DNA of 53,017 nt from the NCBI GenBank assembly GCA_964584545.1, contig CAZPAG010000002.1:1-53017 (forward strand). The letters run 5' to 3'. Source of the stretch: an uncultured Candidatus Saccharibacteria bacterium. GTDB lineage: Bacteria; Patescibacteriota; Minisyncoccia; Minisyncoccales; CAZPAG01. The notes under the pieces are model-generated. The model ran no database searches and had not been told where the DNA came from. It was given only the letters and a program-made list of their open reading frames with translations. Position numbers and translations under genes: made by a program. Each line of letters opens with the position of its first letter. Positions within the stretch are counted from its first letter, which is position 1. Positions 8,750 through 17,660 of this stretch are shown here, one piece after another.

Positions 8750-9128
8750 GTTTTTTAATTCTTCTTTGCTCTAATAATTTTGCCCCTTTCTCGTTAAAAC
8801 CGAAGTGATGGGCTATCTCGTGCCAGACGACATTTCTTACCAAATCCTTAATCTCTCCCTGTGATCTGGCGATACTTTCAATTGATTGCTGAAATATGGT
8901 GATTTTATCAGGCAAATTCCCGCCAAAGCCCTTGCCCCATCTCGTTTGAGGGACTCCCTCGTAAAGCCCCAATAAAACATCGTTATATCTTACCCCAACA
9001 CTTTTCAATTGCACTCTTGTGGGATTATCTTCAACAACAATAGCCACGTTTTCCATGATTTTACGTATTTTTTCAGGTAAATCCCGGATAGCCTCATCAA
9101 CTAGTTTTTCAAAACTTTCCAATTCCAT
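8733..9128 (-). CDS. zincin-like metallopeptidase family protein (DUF1025-like)
   Basis: HEXXH motif in VVWHEIAHHFGF. The start is moved to ATG 9128 (MELESFEKLV). The TTG-started extension in the ORF track translates a repeat element. Confidence 0.7.
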   Translation of the reverse strand: MELESFEKLVDEAIRDLPEKIRKIMENVAIVVEDNPTRVQLKSVGVRYNDVLLGLYEGVPQTRWGKGFGGNLPDKITIFQQSIESIARSQGEIKDLVRNVVWHEIAHHFGFNEKGAKLLEQRRIKKHADKS

Positions 9129-9143
9129 AAATTTAATAAAATT

Positions 9144-9171
9144 TACAGGGTCCCATCTCAATGGGAATCAT
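9144..9171 (-). repeat. family-1 element: GC hairpin plus GGGACCCTG box
   Basis: Minus sense reads ATGATTCCCAT-TGAG-ATGGGACCCTGTAAATTTTATTAAATTT-ATG. It is near-identical in layout to the copy at 45619-45643. Confidence 0.6.
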
Positions 9172-9260
9172 ACTTTGATTATATCATTTAAAAATGAATC
9201 TCCCACGGGCTTGCGCCGCGGTATCTCCTTTTCCCGCTCTCAACAAAATTAATAGTGAAA

Positions 9261-9300
9261 AAATAAAAAAGCACGGTGGAATCTAAATAAACAACCGTGC
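9261..9300 (-). terminator. intrinsic terminator after the 9283-9615 ORF
   Basis: Minus sense reads GCACGGT-16 nt-ACCGTGC followed by TTTTTTATTTTTT. The stop codon lies in the loop. Confidence 0.6.
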
Positions 9301-9615
9301 CGTGCCCTGAAGAGCTTTTTCTTTTTTACGGCGGGCGACTCTCCTGTCCTCAAAAGCCGACTCTGCCAATTGGCGATGTTTATTGTATTCTTCGTCAGGG
9401 ACCCGAAGACACTCTTGGGAATATAGCCGGGTTTTATTCACCAGCTTCCCTGCTGAGCATACGCCTTTGAGTGTATCTACCCAAGATAGTATATAGAAAC
9501 TTGATTCAGTCACTAAAATTCCTTCATTTTCCTCCGGGCTTTTAGTAATTTTTACGCACGATTCACTCTTTTCTTTTTCCGACCAGCCTAACAAAGCTAA
9601 TTGTCTTTCTTTCAT
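9283..9615 (-). CDS. hypothetical protein
   Basis: 110-aa ORF preceded by a near-consensus promoter and followed by a terminator. I recognise no motif. Confidence 0.45.
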   Translation of the reverse strand: MKERQLALLGWSEKEKSESCVKITKSPEENEGILVTESSFYILSWVDTLKGVCSAGKLVNKTRLYSQECLRVPDEEYNKHRQLAESAFEDRRVARRKKEKALQGTARLFI

Positions 9616-9674
9616 TATTATCGTCCTTATTATTCTATTTTTAATTTGAGATATTTCTATCTCGCAGTTTATTG

Positions 9675-9702
9675 ATTATAATAAATAAATACAAAAAGTC
9701 AA
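9675..9702 (-). promoter_or_regulatory. sigma70-type promoter candidate
   Basis: Minus sense reads TTGACT - 16 nt - TATAAT. Confidence 0.5.
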
Positions 9703-9706
9703 TAGT

Positions 9707-10840
9707 TCAAATTTTTCCCTCTTTAATTTTTTTACGTATATCCTCTATAAAAGCATTGAAGAAATATATATTGTGGAAGGTCAATAATTTTAAAGCTGTG
9801 ATTTCTTTGGCCCGAAAAAGATGAGAAATATATCCCCGGGTATAATTTTGGCAGACAAAGCAGGAACATTTTTTATCCAAAGGCTTTTTATCTTTCAAGA
9901 AGACGGATTTCTGCACATTTAACTCTCCGAAAGAAGTGAAAGAAATCCCCCTTCTTGCATAGTGAGTGGGAACTATGCAGTCAAAAGTATCCACCCCTCT
10001 TTTTATAATCTTTGGGATGTCTTCCAGATATCCTATCCCCAAAAGATGTCTTGGCTTTTCATCAGGTAATTCATTCATCACCCAAGTCAACATTTCCATC
10101 ATTTTATTCTTATTATCTCCGAATTCCCCACCGATACCGAATCCGTCAAAAGGCAGCTTAGCCGTAAATTTAGCGCTTTCAATCCTTAAATCCTTATATC
10201 TTCCGCCTTGGACAATTCCAAAAAGAGCTTGGTTTGATTTTTTCGAATCTAAACAAACCCCTGCCCACCTATTGGTTCTTGAAAGAGAATTTTTGGTATA
10301 TCCGTAATCAGCTGCCGGGGAAGTAGGCTCATCAAAAGAAAATATTATATCGGCTCCCAAGCTTTCCTGGATTTTGATGGATTCCTTGGGCCCCAAGAAT
10401 ATCTTCTGGCCGTCAATAAAAGATCTGAAATATACTCCGTCCGAAGCAATTTTTAAAAGTTTTGGCTGCTGTCCATCTTTAATATTGATATCAGATCTTT
10501 CTTTAAGAATTTTACCAATTCCTAAATCTTTGCCAAACCCTAAGCTAAAAACCTGAAAGCCTCCAGAGTCTGTCATTAAGGGCTTATCCCAATTCATAAA
10601 TTTATGGAGCCCTCCGGCTGATTTAATTATTTTCTCTCCTGGTTTTAAATGCAGATGAAAAGTATTGGCAATCAGTATTTGGCTTTTAGTGGCTTTTACC
10701 TCTTCTGAGTTAAGAGTTTTAATGACTGCCTGGGTGGCAACCGGAACCAAACAGGGAGTTTCAACAACGCCATGGCTAGTTTCTAACAGGCCCAGCCTCG
10801 CTTGGCTTATCTTTGACTTTTTAACTACTTTAAATCTCAT
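9707..10840 (-). CDS. tgt: queuine tRNA-ribosyltransferase (tRNA-guanine transglycosylase)
   Basis: TPCLVPVATQAVIKT, MTDSGGFQVFSL, LFGIVQGG, GFGIGGEFG, and the zinc site CSCFVCQNYTRGYISHL. Confidence 0.95.
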   Translation of the reverse strand: MRFKVVKKSKISQARLGLLETSHGVVETPCLVPVATQAVIKTLNSEEVKATKSQILIANTFHLHLKPGEKIIKSAGGLHKFMNWDKPLMTDSGGFQVFSLGFGKDLGIGKILKERSDINIKDGQQPKLLKIASDGVYFRSFIDGQKIFLGPKESIKIQESLGADIIFSFDEPTSPAADYGYTKNSLSRTNRWAGVCLDSKKSNQALFGIVQGGRYKDLRIESAKFTAKLPFDGFGIGGEFGDNKNKMMEMLTWVMNELPDEKPRHLLGIGYLEDIPKIIKRGVDTFDCIVPTHYARRGISFTSFGELNVQKSVFLKDKKPLDKKCSCFVCQNYTRGYISHLFRAKEITALKLLTFHNIYFFNAFIEDIRKKIKEGKI

Positions 10841-11117
10841 ATTTTATTTCAAAACTGCTGGATTCTCCCCTATCCTCTTCCCAGAAAACCTCGATATTAT
10901 TGACCTTGGCGAATATGGGGCCGTTCTTTGCCCAATTAGCCAGTTTTTGAACATTTTCTTTATCCCCTTCAGAAACTATCTCCACCCTGCCGTCAGCAAG
11001 GTTCTTCACCCAACCAAAAACGCCCAGTTTCTGGGCTTTTTTACAGGTGCTTTCCCGGAACCTGACTCCCTGGACTCTTCCCGATACGAAAATATGAGCT
11101 CTGGCTTTATTCTCCAT
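10830..11117 (-). CDS. acyP: acylphosphatase
   Basis: VSGRVQGVRFRESTCKKAQKLGVFGWVKNLADGRVEIVSEG. Confidence 0.9.
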   Translation of the reverse strand: MENKARAHIFVSGRVQGVRFRESTCKKAQKLGVFGWVKNLADGRVEIVSEGDKENVQKLANWAKNGPIFAKVNNIEVFWEEDRGESSSFEIKYEI

Positions 11118-11122
11118 CTGGA

Positions 11123-11215
11123 TTAACGCAAAAGAGTCGGTAAAACTTTTGTCACTGTGTAAAAAGCCGCAAAAAGCATAAATAAGATTACACAGATTAC
11201 TTCAAATTTAAGCAT
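11123..11215 (-). CDS. possible 30-aa hydrophobic micro-protein
   Basis: ATG 11215-11213 gives MLKFEVICVILFMLFAAFYTVTKVLPTLLR. It lies between tRNA-Val and acyP. There is no SD and the call is speculative. Confidence 0.25.
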   Translation of the reverse strand: MLKFEVICVILFMLFAAFYTVTKVLPTLLR

Positions 11216-11238
11216 ATTTTTATATGTAAGATTAACCT

Positions 11239-11311
11239 TGGGCAACACAGGATTCGAACCTGTAGCCTCATGCGTGTGATGCATGCGCTCTAACCATTGA
11301 GCTAGTTGCCC
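11239..11311 (-). tRNA. tRNA-Val (anticodon CAC)
   Basis: Hand-folded cloverleaf: acceptor GGGCAAC/GTTGCCC, D arm GCTC-AATGGTTA-GAGC, anticodon stem CATGC/GCATG with loop ATCACAC, T arm ACAGG-TTCGAAT-CCTGT. No CCA is encoded. Confidence 0.9.
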
Positions 11312-11705
11312 CCAAGCTATTTTCCATCTTATCATCTTCAAGAAAAAATAAAAAGAAGCGCACGAAGACGCTCCTATGCTGTGGTTATTTGCTCGCCCAA
11401 CAAGAACAACCTGCTTTTTTTCCATCTCTGCCCCCGGCAGAAACTATTTTTATTTCTCTGCATAAGGAGCAGTAAATGAGACAAAATTTCATGGGGGCAG
11501 AGTACCCCTCTGGCTGAAACCGCCCTATTGGAATACTTCCCCACTCTATAAATAATAAAAGCTTCTGCCACCATTTGATTTTGTCAAGGGTCTCTTTAAC
11601 TCCTGGCAATTTGGTCGGTATTTTTACCAATTCGTACCTCCGAAAGTTATCTTATGAATCGAGAGTATTTTACAACAAACGAAATAAAAAGTAAAATAAA
11701 CGAAC

Positions 11706-13703
11706 ATGCAGGTTTTCGAATTTCGTTTCAGTCCCAAAAAACAATCCGACTCGGTCTTCGACGGTTTTTGTTATACTCCAAAAACCGCTTACGAAAAAAG
11801 AGCAGGAAATTTATATATGGTCGGCGCCTTAAGAAACGCTTTACCTCAAAACGAGCGCCTGCTGGAAAAAACTGCCAGAGTCATAAAGGAAAAATATTAC
11901 CGCTCTTCCTCAAACAGTCCTGAAAAATCATTGAAAGATAGTTTAAAGGAAGCTAACATCTTTTTGCAGGGAGTGGGTAAAAAAGGAGACGTCAGCTGGT
12001 TGGGAAATTTGAGTTTTGCCACCCTTTCTCTTAAAAACTACGAATTAAATTTTACCAAGGTTAATGATATAAAAATCATCCTAATGAGACAGGGGCAGAT
12101 TATAGATATTGACCGAAAATTAAAATTTACCGATGTCAGTCCTTGGCCCTTAAAGGTTTTTGGCAATATCATTTCCGGGAAATTGGCAGAAAACGACGTA
12201 GTCATGGTTCTGAACGAAGAGGTTCTTGAGAAATTCAAATCAGAAAATTTGCTGAATATAATATCGAAGATCCGTCCATTCAACTGGAAAAACCTGAAAT
12301 CCGTTCTTGATAAAAAGAATGAAAGGCTTTTGAATATTTCAGGGATCTGTTTGATGATATTCCTAACCAAAGAAATCCTTTCAGGCAAAAAAGAGACCAT
12401 TTCTCCTAAAATACCGAAAAAGGAATTTAGTTTTAAAGAGGTTTTCAGCCCGATTACAGAACTGTTTAAAAAAATCTTTAAGAAACCGAAATTCTTGACT
12501 CCCGTAAAAAAAACGCGGACCAAACCGGCTAAATTTTCGAAAATAAAAGTCCGGACGCCAAAATTAAAATTTAGCAGAAACCTTGTTCTAGTTTCCATTT
12601 TCCTTTTATTCTTAATAGGAGGCTTTTCCGTTTTTGAAAAACAGCAGAAAAAGCAGATGGAGATATATAAGAGCGACCTGGAAAAGATAGAAGAGAACAT
12701 CTTGAAGGCAGAGAATTATCTGGTTTTAATAGAAACAAGGCCTCAGGCAGCCAGAAATGCCAATTTTCTGCTGAAAGAAAGTTGGGAAAAACTCTCCCCT
12801 TATTTGGAGATATTAGCCACTCTGCCAAAAAATATTGCCGACCAAGTCAATTCCATATATGATAAAATCTCTGAAGACTTCTCCAAACTTAATAACGTCA
12901 TAGAGATACCCGACCCTCAGCAAATTTTTGAATTCTCCGCCAAACCGGACGGAGAAACCCAGGGATTCATCGCCCAAAAAATAATCTTATCAGACGGCAA
13001 TCTATACTTTTACAGCCCTTACTCACAGAATTTATTTGAATTGAATCTTTCAAACAACGACAGCAAGGCATATACGGCTCCGATGGCCAAAGGAAATACG
13101 ATAAACTCAGCTGGTCTGCTGAACGGTTCAATAATTTTGTTCTCAAAATCAGAAAACTTAGTAACCTTCAAAGACGGGAAGTTCGGGGACGTAATAACTC
13201 TTAAAAATCCTTTCAGCGAATTCGGTTTCAGTAATTTTTTTCCGTATAAAGGAAATTTTTACTTCTTGGACAAAGCGACCGGGGAAATAATAAAATATCC
13301 TTACTTGGGCGGAATGAAATGGGGGCCTCCCGAAACCTGGCTGGCTGAAAACGCCAAAAAACCAATTGAAGGCCGGTCTATGGCAGTTGACGGGTCAATT
13401 TGGGTTATTAACAAAGACAGGTCTATCGCCCAATACTACTCCAAATATCTCCAAAAAACCCTGAATATAGACGTCTTCCCTGAGCCTACAGACCTATCCA
13501 AGATTATAACCTCTAACAACCTGTCTTATCTCTATTTACTGGAGCCTGCTCAAAAAAGAATAATTATCACCGATAAATTGGGATTGGTAATAAAACAGTA
13601 CAGGAGCGATAAGTTTGATAATCTTTTAGATTTCGCCGTTTCAAACAACGGAAAAGAAATATATTTACTCAACGGTCTGAGGGTATATAAGATAACTGAC
13701 TAA
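11706..13703 (+). CDS. hypothetical single-pass membrane protein (cytoplasmic N-domain, extracytoplasmic repeat/propeller-like C-domain)
   Basis: 665-aa ORF with a central TM helix LVLVSIFLLFLIGGFSVF. The N-terminal and C-terminal domains are not recognisable by eye. Confidence 0.6.
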   Translation: MQVFEFRFSPKKQSDSVFDGFCYTPKTAYEKRAGNLYMVGALRNALPQNERLLEKTARVIKEKYYRSSSNSPEKSLKDSLKEANIFLQGVGKKGDVSWLGNLSFATLSLKNYELNFTKVNDIKIILMRQGQIIDIDRKLKFTDVSPWPLKVFGNIISGKLAENDVVMVLNEEVLEKFKSENLLNIISKIRPFNWKNLKSVLDKKNERLLNISGICLMIFLTKEILSGKKETISPKIPKKEFSFKEVFSPITELFKKIFKKPKFLTPVKKTRTKPAKFSKIKVRTPKLKFSRNLVLVSIFLLFLIGGFSVFEKQQKKQMEIYKSDLEKIEENILKAENYLVLIETRPQAARNANFLLKESWEKLSPYLEILATLPKNIADQVNSIYDKISEDFSKLNNVIEIPDPQQIFEFSAKPDGETQGFIAQKIILSDGNLYFYSPYSQNLFELNLSNNDSKAYTAPMAKGNTINSAGLLNGSIILFSKSENLVTFKDGKFGDVITLKNPFSEFGFSNFFPYKGNFYFLDKATGEIIKYPYLGGMKWGPPETWLAENAKKPIEGRSMAVDGSIWVINKDRSIAQYYSKYLQKTLNIDVFPEPTDLSKIITSNNLSYLYLLEPAQKRIIITDKLGLVIKQYRSDKFDNLLDFAVSNNGKEIYLLNGLRVYKITD

Positions 13704-13782
13704 TAAAAAAACCAGGTTTTGGGGAACCCGGGTTTAAAGGCCTTTTGGCCGTTTTTAGTTTTCAAGGTACAGTTTTGGTGGG

Positions 13783-13823
13783 TGTTCGCCCCCGAATCAC
13801 GTTGAGACGGAAACGGGGGCGAA
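13783..13823. repeat. GC-rich 11-bp hairpin at the edge of the GC-rich insert
   Basis: GTTCGCCCCCG - 19 nt - CGGGGGCGAAC, a perfect inverted repeat. Confidence 0.6.
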
Positions 13824-13850
13824 CAACGCACGGGATGGTAATTAAGCCCT

Positions 13851-14447
13851 TCAGGTTTTGAAGATGAGGACGAGGGCTATATTACTGATGTAGGCGTTGG
13901 CGAACGTCGCTGTCCCTGGGTGGGAGCATATACAAGAGGCGACGGGCGCCGTGTTGGTGGCTGCTGAAACTGCGGGCCTGGTGGCGGTGTTAATGCTAAA
14001 ATGTTGTACACCGCCGGCAAGCATCTCTCCTTGCGTGGAAAAACCGGCCAGCAAGACAGACGTCTCCCGTTGGCAAACAGTGGAGGGAAATGCGGACGCA
14101 ACCTGTATTAGCCCGGCACAATTGATCTGTTGCGTGGAGGTGTAAATTAAGGCCGGGATATCCAGGGTAGCCAATCCAAGGGCCAGGTAGGACCTGGCTG
14201 GCGCGACTGTGGCGATGGTGAAGCCGTCGTGCTGCATGGCCGCCGTATGCGTCGAACTGATCATCGTATCCAAGCCGTTGGATAGCCTGAGAGCCGGCAA
14301 TGACGCGATGCTTTCGTAGTCGTTGGCAGCCCAGGAACTTGAATTCGTAGGAGGGCTATTGGCCAGCTGAAGCGGGGCTGCCACGAGCAACGCTACGAGC
14401 AGCAAGAGGAAGAAAACGCCGAGCGCTGATGGGAACTTAGTTTTCAA
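13851..14447 (-). CDS. secreted hypothetical protein encoded in a GC-rich insert
   Basis: 198-aa ORF with a TTG start 9 nt after AAGGAG. Signal-peptide-like MKTKFPSALGVFFLLLLVALLVAAPLQLA. Ala/Thr/Ser-rich, with GC far above the flanks. Confidence 0.55.
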   Translation of the reverse strand: MKTKFPSALGVFFLLLLVALLVAAPLQLANSPPTNSSSWAANDYESIASLPALRLSNGLDTMISSTHTAAMQHDGFTIATVAPARSYLALGLATLDIPALIYTSTQQINCAGLIQVASAFPSTVCQRETSVLLAGFSTQGEMLAGGVQHFSINTATRPAVSAATNTAPVASCICSHPGTATFANAYISNIALVLIFKT

Positions 14448-14568
14448 CTAAATCTACTCCTTACTTTATTTCCGGCCTTTCCCGGATGGTCAGCCATTGT
14501 ACATTTATTCATAACCCCACATATAACGTGTCACCTCCTCGAATATTATTTAGAAGCCTATTAAGAAC

Positions 14569-14593
14569 AAAAAACCAGGAGAATAGCTTCTGG
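14569..14593 (-). terminator. intrinsic terminator after rplL
   Basis: Minus sense reads CCAGAAG-CTATT-CTCCTGG followed by TTTTTT. Confidence 0.65.
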
Positions 14594-14641
14594 CTTTTTG
14601 ATAACATATTATTTATTTTTTTTCAATAAGTTGTGGAAAAC

Positions 14642-15070
14642 TTACTTCAATTCAACCTTGGCTCCGGCTGCTTCAAATTTCTTCTTCAATTCCTCTGCCT
14701 CCTCTTTCTTAGCCCCCTCCTTCACTATTTGAGGAGAAGAAGCTGATGCGTCAACCATATCTTTGGCTTCCTTTAATCCCTTCTGGGTAACATCCCTGAC
14801 CACCTTTATAACTTCAATTTTCTTGTCTCCGGGGGCGGTCAAGAGCACATTAAAGATACTCTTTTCCTCGTCAGCAGGAGCTGCGCCTTGAGCTGCTACG
14901 GGAGCTGCCATGACGGGAGCTGCGGCTGAGACGCCGAACTTTTCTTCTAAAACTTTCACCAACTCGGCTAAATCCAGAACGCTCATTTTCTCGATCTCTT
15001 TAACTAATTTTTCGAACTTTTCCGGGACTTCAACTTTCTGCGTGTGAACAGTGGGTTTTTCTTCTGACAT
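14642..15070 (-). CDS. rplL: ribosomal protein L7/L12
   Basis: [24 protein letters not shown]...[24 protein letters not shown]...[18 protein letters not shown], with a short N-terminal extension. Confidence 0.95.
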   Translation of the reverse strand: MSEEKPTVHTQKVEVPEKFEKLVKEIEKMSVLDLAELVKVLEEKFGVSAAAPVMAAPVAAQGAAPADEEKSIFNVLLTAPGDKKIEVIKVVRDVTQKGLKEAKDMVDASASSPQIVKEGAKKEEAEELKKKFEAAGAKVELK

Positions 15071-15086
15071 ATGTTTTTGATTTAAA

Positions 15087-15605
15087 TTATTTTGTTTTAC
15101 TTATGGCATTTAACGCCACGATCAGACCTTTAATGTTTCCTTGTAAAACACTTACAAAGTTTGAAACTGGGGCAGAGACCGTCCCTACGAATCTGGCCAG
15201 CAATTCCTTTCTGCCAGGAAGCTTGGCTAATTCAATCATTCTGTCTGTCTCAAAAAACTTGTTCTCTAAAAATCCACCTAAAATTTTAACGTTTTTATTC
15301 TCCTGTGAAAACTGCCAGACGGTTTTTGCCGGAGCTATTTCATCTTTATAACCAAAGACTATGGCTATCTCTCCTGCCATCTTTTTAAAATCAATGTCTA
15401 TCCCCTCTTTTTTGAAAGCTAAACTGAGTAAGGTTTTCTTAGCCACTTTTAAACTATCACCGGCTGCTTTTATCTTCTTCCTTAAATTGGAAAAATCCTT
15501 TACTTTTAGTCCGGTAAAGTCAAAGAAGACCACCGCCTTTTGGCTCTTCATTTTTTCTTTTAAATCCTCTACTATTTCTTGTTTTTGCTGTTTTGTTTGC
15601 GGCAT
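15087..15605 (-). CDS. rplJ: ribosomal protein L10
   Basis: [52 protein letters not shown]. It lies immediately upstream of rplL. Confidence 0.95.
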   Translation of the reverse strand: MPQTKQQKQEIVEDLKEKMKSQKAVVFFDFTGLKVKDFSNLRKKIKAAGDSLKVAKKTLLSLAFKKEGIDIDFKKMAGEIAIVFGYKDEIAPAKTVWQFSQENKNVKILGGFLENKFFETDRMIELAKLPGRKELLARFVGTVSAPVSNFVSVLQGNIKGLIVALNAISKTK

Positions 15606-15606
15606 A

Positions 15607-15737
15607 CCCCGTTAGAAGTCTGTCTTAGAGTAATATATTTCTAATTAAACTTTAAACAGATCTTCTTATTATTGCCCTGTTATTCCCGAAGCATTAAATT
15701 TTTCCTGAAAATTTTATGCCAAGGACTTCTAACGGGG
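15607..15737 (-). promoter_or_regulatory. structured rplJ leader (long-range helix ending 1 nt before the start codon)
   Basis: Perfect 14-bp inverted repeat ccccgttagaagtc (15607-15620) / gacttctaacgggg (15724-15737) enclosing 103 nt. Confidence 0.45.
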
Positions 15738-15892
15738 CATATTTATGTAAATTAAACAAAAAACGGCTGCTTATGCAGACGAATACAACAAAAAGTATAA
15801 CCTTTTTATTTTATCCTCGGCAGGGCTTACAGAATGCCTGCTGTCTGCAGATGTACTAAGTATATATTCTTTAAATTTTATGTCAAGAGCTG

Positions 15893-16063
15893 TCATTCTG
15901 AAGGAGTGGTAAACTGCATAATTCCTCCCCTGTCAGGCACCTGGTTTGCTGACGGGACCGTCTGTTTTTCCTTGTTATCCTTGTCCCCTATATATCTTTT
16001 GGAAGCAAAGAGACCGACAGACAACAAAGCAATAAACAAGACAAAAAACAGGGTCTTCTTCAT
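15893..16063 (-). CDS. possible 56-aa secreted micro-protein translationally coupled to mltG
   Basis: ATGA overlap with the mltG stop. MKKTLFFVLFIALLSVGLFASKRYIGDKDNKEKQTVPSANQVPDRGGIMQFTTPSE. It falls below the ORF-track length cutoff. Confidence 0.4.
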   Translation of the reverse strand: MKKTLFFVLFIALLSVGLFASKRYIGDKDNKEKQTVPSANQVPDRGGIMQFTTPSE

Positions 16064-17037
16064 TTGAGATATTTAGCTTTATTCATATTATGCTCTGCAA
16101 GCGTTTTGCTGAAAATAGTCCTGCCCTCGGGGGTAGATAAATAATAGAGATAATCACTTTCTTCGGGGTATAAGGCAGCCTGGATACTTTCAAGACCGGG
16201 ATTACAGATAGGGCCTGCCGGCAAACCTCGATTCAAGTAAGTATTATAGGGCGAAACGATCCTGGTATCGTCGTAGGAATAAATCCATTTATCAACATTC
16301 AAAATATAGGCAATTGTGGCACATGACTGCAACGGCTGGCCTATCTCTATTCTTTTCCAAAAAATACCTGAAACAACCTTTTTATCTTCTTCCGTCTTAA
16401 CTTCTTTTTCAATTAGAGAAGCCATAATCACAATGTCAGATATTTCTTTATCCTGTTTTGAGACCTCGTCTCTCAGGCCTTTAGAAAACCTTTTATCAAA
16501 ATTTTGAAGAAAAACTTCTACGATCTCCTTTTCTTTAACGTTTGGAGCAAAGAAATAGGTGTCCGGAAACAGGTACCCCTCCAGGCTTGCGCTGTCAGGA
16601 ATGTTTTCCAAAATAGAGAAATCTTTCTTAAAATCCTTTGCAAAGAAATCCCCCAATTCCAGTGGCAATCCGGAGCTCCCCAGTCGACTCTCCGTTTCTT
16701 TTAAATTAAACCCTTCCGGAAAAGTTATCTTTATCTTATAGGTATCCCCTTTTATTATCTTGTCAGCGACATCTATAAAATCATCTTTTGGAGAGAAGGA
16801 ATATTCGCCTGTTTTTAGATAGTTTGCTTTCCCAAAAACCAAAACATAGAGATAAAAGGGATATTTGTTGTTTAGAACCTTTTGACTCGCCAAATTCCCG
16901 CTTATCTCTCCGAGCGACTGGCCGGATTTCACTTCAAAAAAACCGGCGTAATCAGCCGGTCTGCCGGTGACATACAGCAAGATAGCTAAAACAAAGACGA
17001 ATAAAGAAAATAATATTGAATAAAATTTTTTGTTCAT
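16060..17037 (-). CDS. mltG: endolytic murein transglycosylase MltG (YceG-like)
   Basis: N-terminal TM helix, then FPEGF, LEGYLFPDTYFF, IMASLIEKEV, PYNTYLNRGLPAGPICNPG. Confidence 0.9.
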   Translation of the reverse strand: MNKKFYSILFSLFVFVLAILLYVTGRPADYAGFFEVKSGQSLGEISGNLASQKVLNNKYPFYLYVLVFGKANYLKTGEYSFSPKDDFIDVADKIIKGDTYKIKITFPEGFNLKETESRLGSSGLPLELGDFFAKDFKKDFSILENIPDSASLEGYLFPDTYFFAPNVKEKEIVEVFLQNFDKRFSKGLRDEVSKQDKEISDIVIMASLIEKEVKTEEDKKVVSGIFWKRIEIGQPLQSCATIAYILNVDKWIYSYDDTRIVSPYNTYLNRGLPAGPICNPGLESIQAALYPEESDYLYYLSTPEGRTIFSKTLAEHNMNKAKYLK

Positions 17038-17660
17038 TTTGTTATTAAGGGTACGAAAACGAACCCCGGATATTCTTTCTCTTCAAAAACATTCTCTGAC
17101 TTTTTGACAATAAGACAGATGGAGTTGTCTTTTGGGGCAACAATTCTTCCGCCGACCTTAAGCTGCTCTTTCCAGGCCTCTGGAATCTTTCTAGCCGAAG
17201 CTGAGGCCAAAATCCTGTCGTAGGGCATATATTTCTTGTACCTCTTTGACCCGTCGGCGCAAACAGACTCTATGTTTTTAAAATCGTATTTGGAAATATT
17301 CTCCTTCCCAAATTCCATCAGTTCGGGAATGATTTCAAGGGAAACCACTTTTCCTCCTTCGCCGACTATTTCGGCTAATAAAGCGGTAGTCCAGCCGGAA
17401 CCCGACCCCACATCTAGGATTTTATCTCCTTTATTGGGTTCTAAAAGCTCCAGCATAAAAGCCACTACTAGTGGCTGGGAAATCGTCTGGCCGTAGCCTA
17501 TAGGCAGAGCCCTGTTTAACTCCGATAAATCCTTTGAATCTTCGGGCCCGCCTGCCGGCGAGGCAGGCAGAAAATCTTCTCTTTTGATTTTATTGAAGGC
17601 CGAGATAATTCGCGGCGTCTTCAGCCAACCCTCTCCGATTAAATCATTTATCAAAGCCAT
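17034..17660 (-). CDS. pcm: protein-L-isoaspartate O-methyltransferase
   Basis: GYGQTISQPLVVAFMLELL...ILDVGSGSGWTTALLAEIVG. Confidence 0.9.
   Translation of the reverse strand: MALINDLIGEGWLKTPRIISAFNKIKREDFLPASPAGGPEDSKDLSELNRALPIGYGQTISQPLVVAFMLELLEPNKGDKILDVGSGSGWTTALLAEIVGEGGKVVSLEIIPELMEFGKENISKYDFKNIESVCADGSKRYKKYMPYDRILASASARKIPEAWKEQLKVGGRIVAPKDNSICLIVKKSENVFEEKEYPGFVFVPLITK

Noticed and set aside
11123-11630. Minus-strand ORFs of 100, 66 and 81 aa (11123-11425, 11374-11574, 11385-11630).
   Set aside because: The first reads straight through tRNA-Val. The others overlap each other in a structured spacer. None has an SD or a recognisable motif. Only the last 30 codons of the first ORF were kept, as a low-confidence micro-ORF.
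11312-11705. RNase P RNA, tmRNA or SRP RNA in the long spacer.
   Set aside because: I found no GAGGAAAGTCC or ACAGAACCCGGC (RNase P). I found no tRNA-like acceptor/T-arm end or tag ORF (tmRNA). I found no convincing GGAA-capped domain IV with AGCAGC (SRP). This was checked by eye only.
13877-14145. Alternative ORFs in the GC-rich insert (13877-14101 minus, 13897-14145 plus).
   Set aside because: Both are nested in or antisense to the longer 198-aa frame, which has an SD and a signal peptide. High GC content inflates spurious ORFs.
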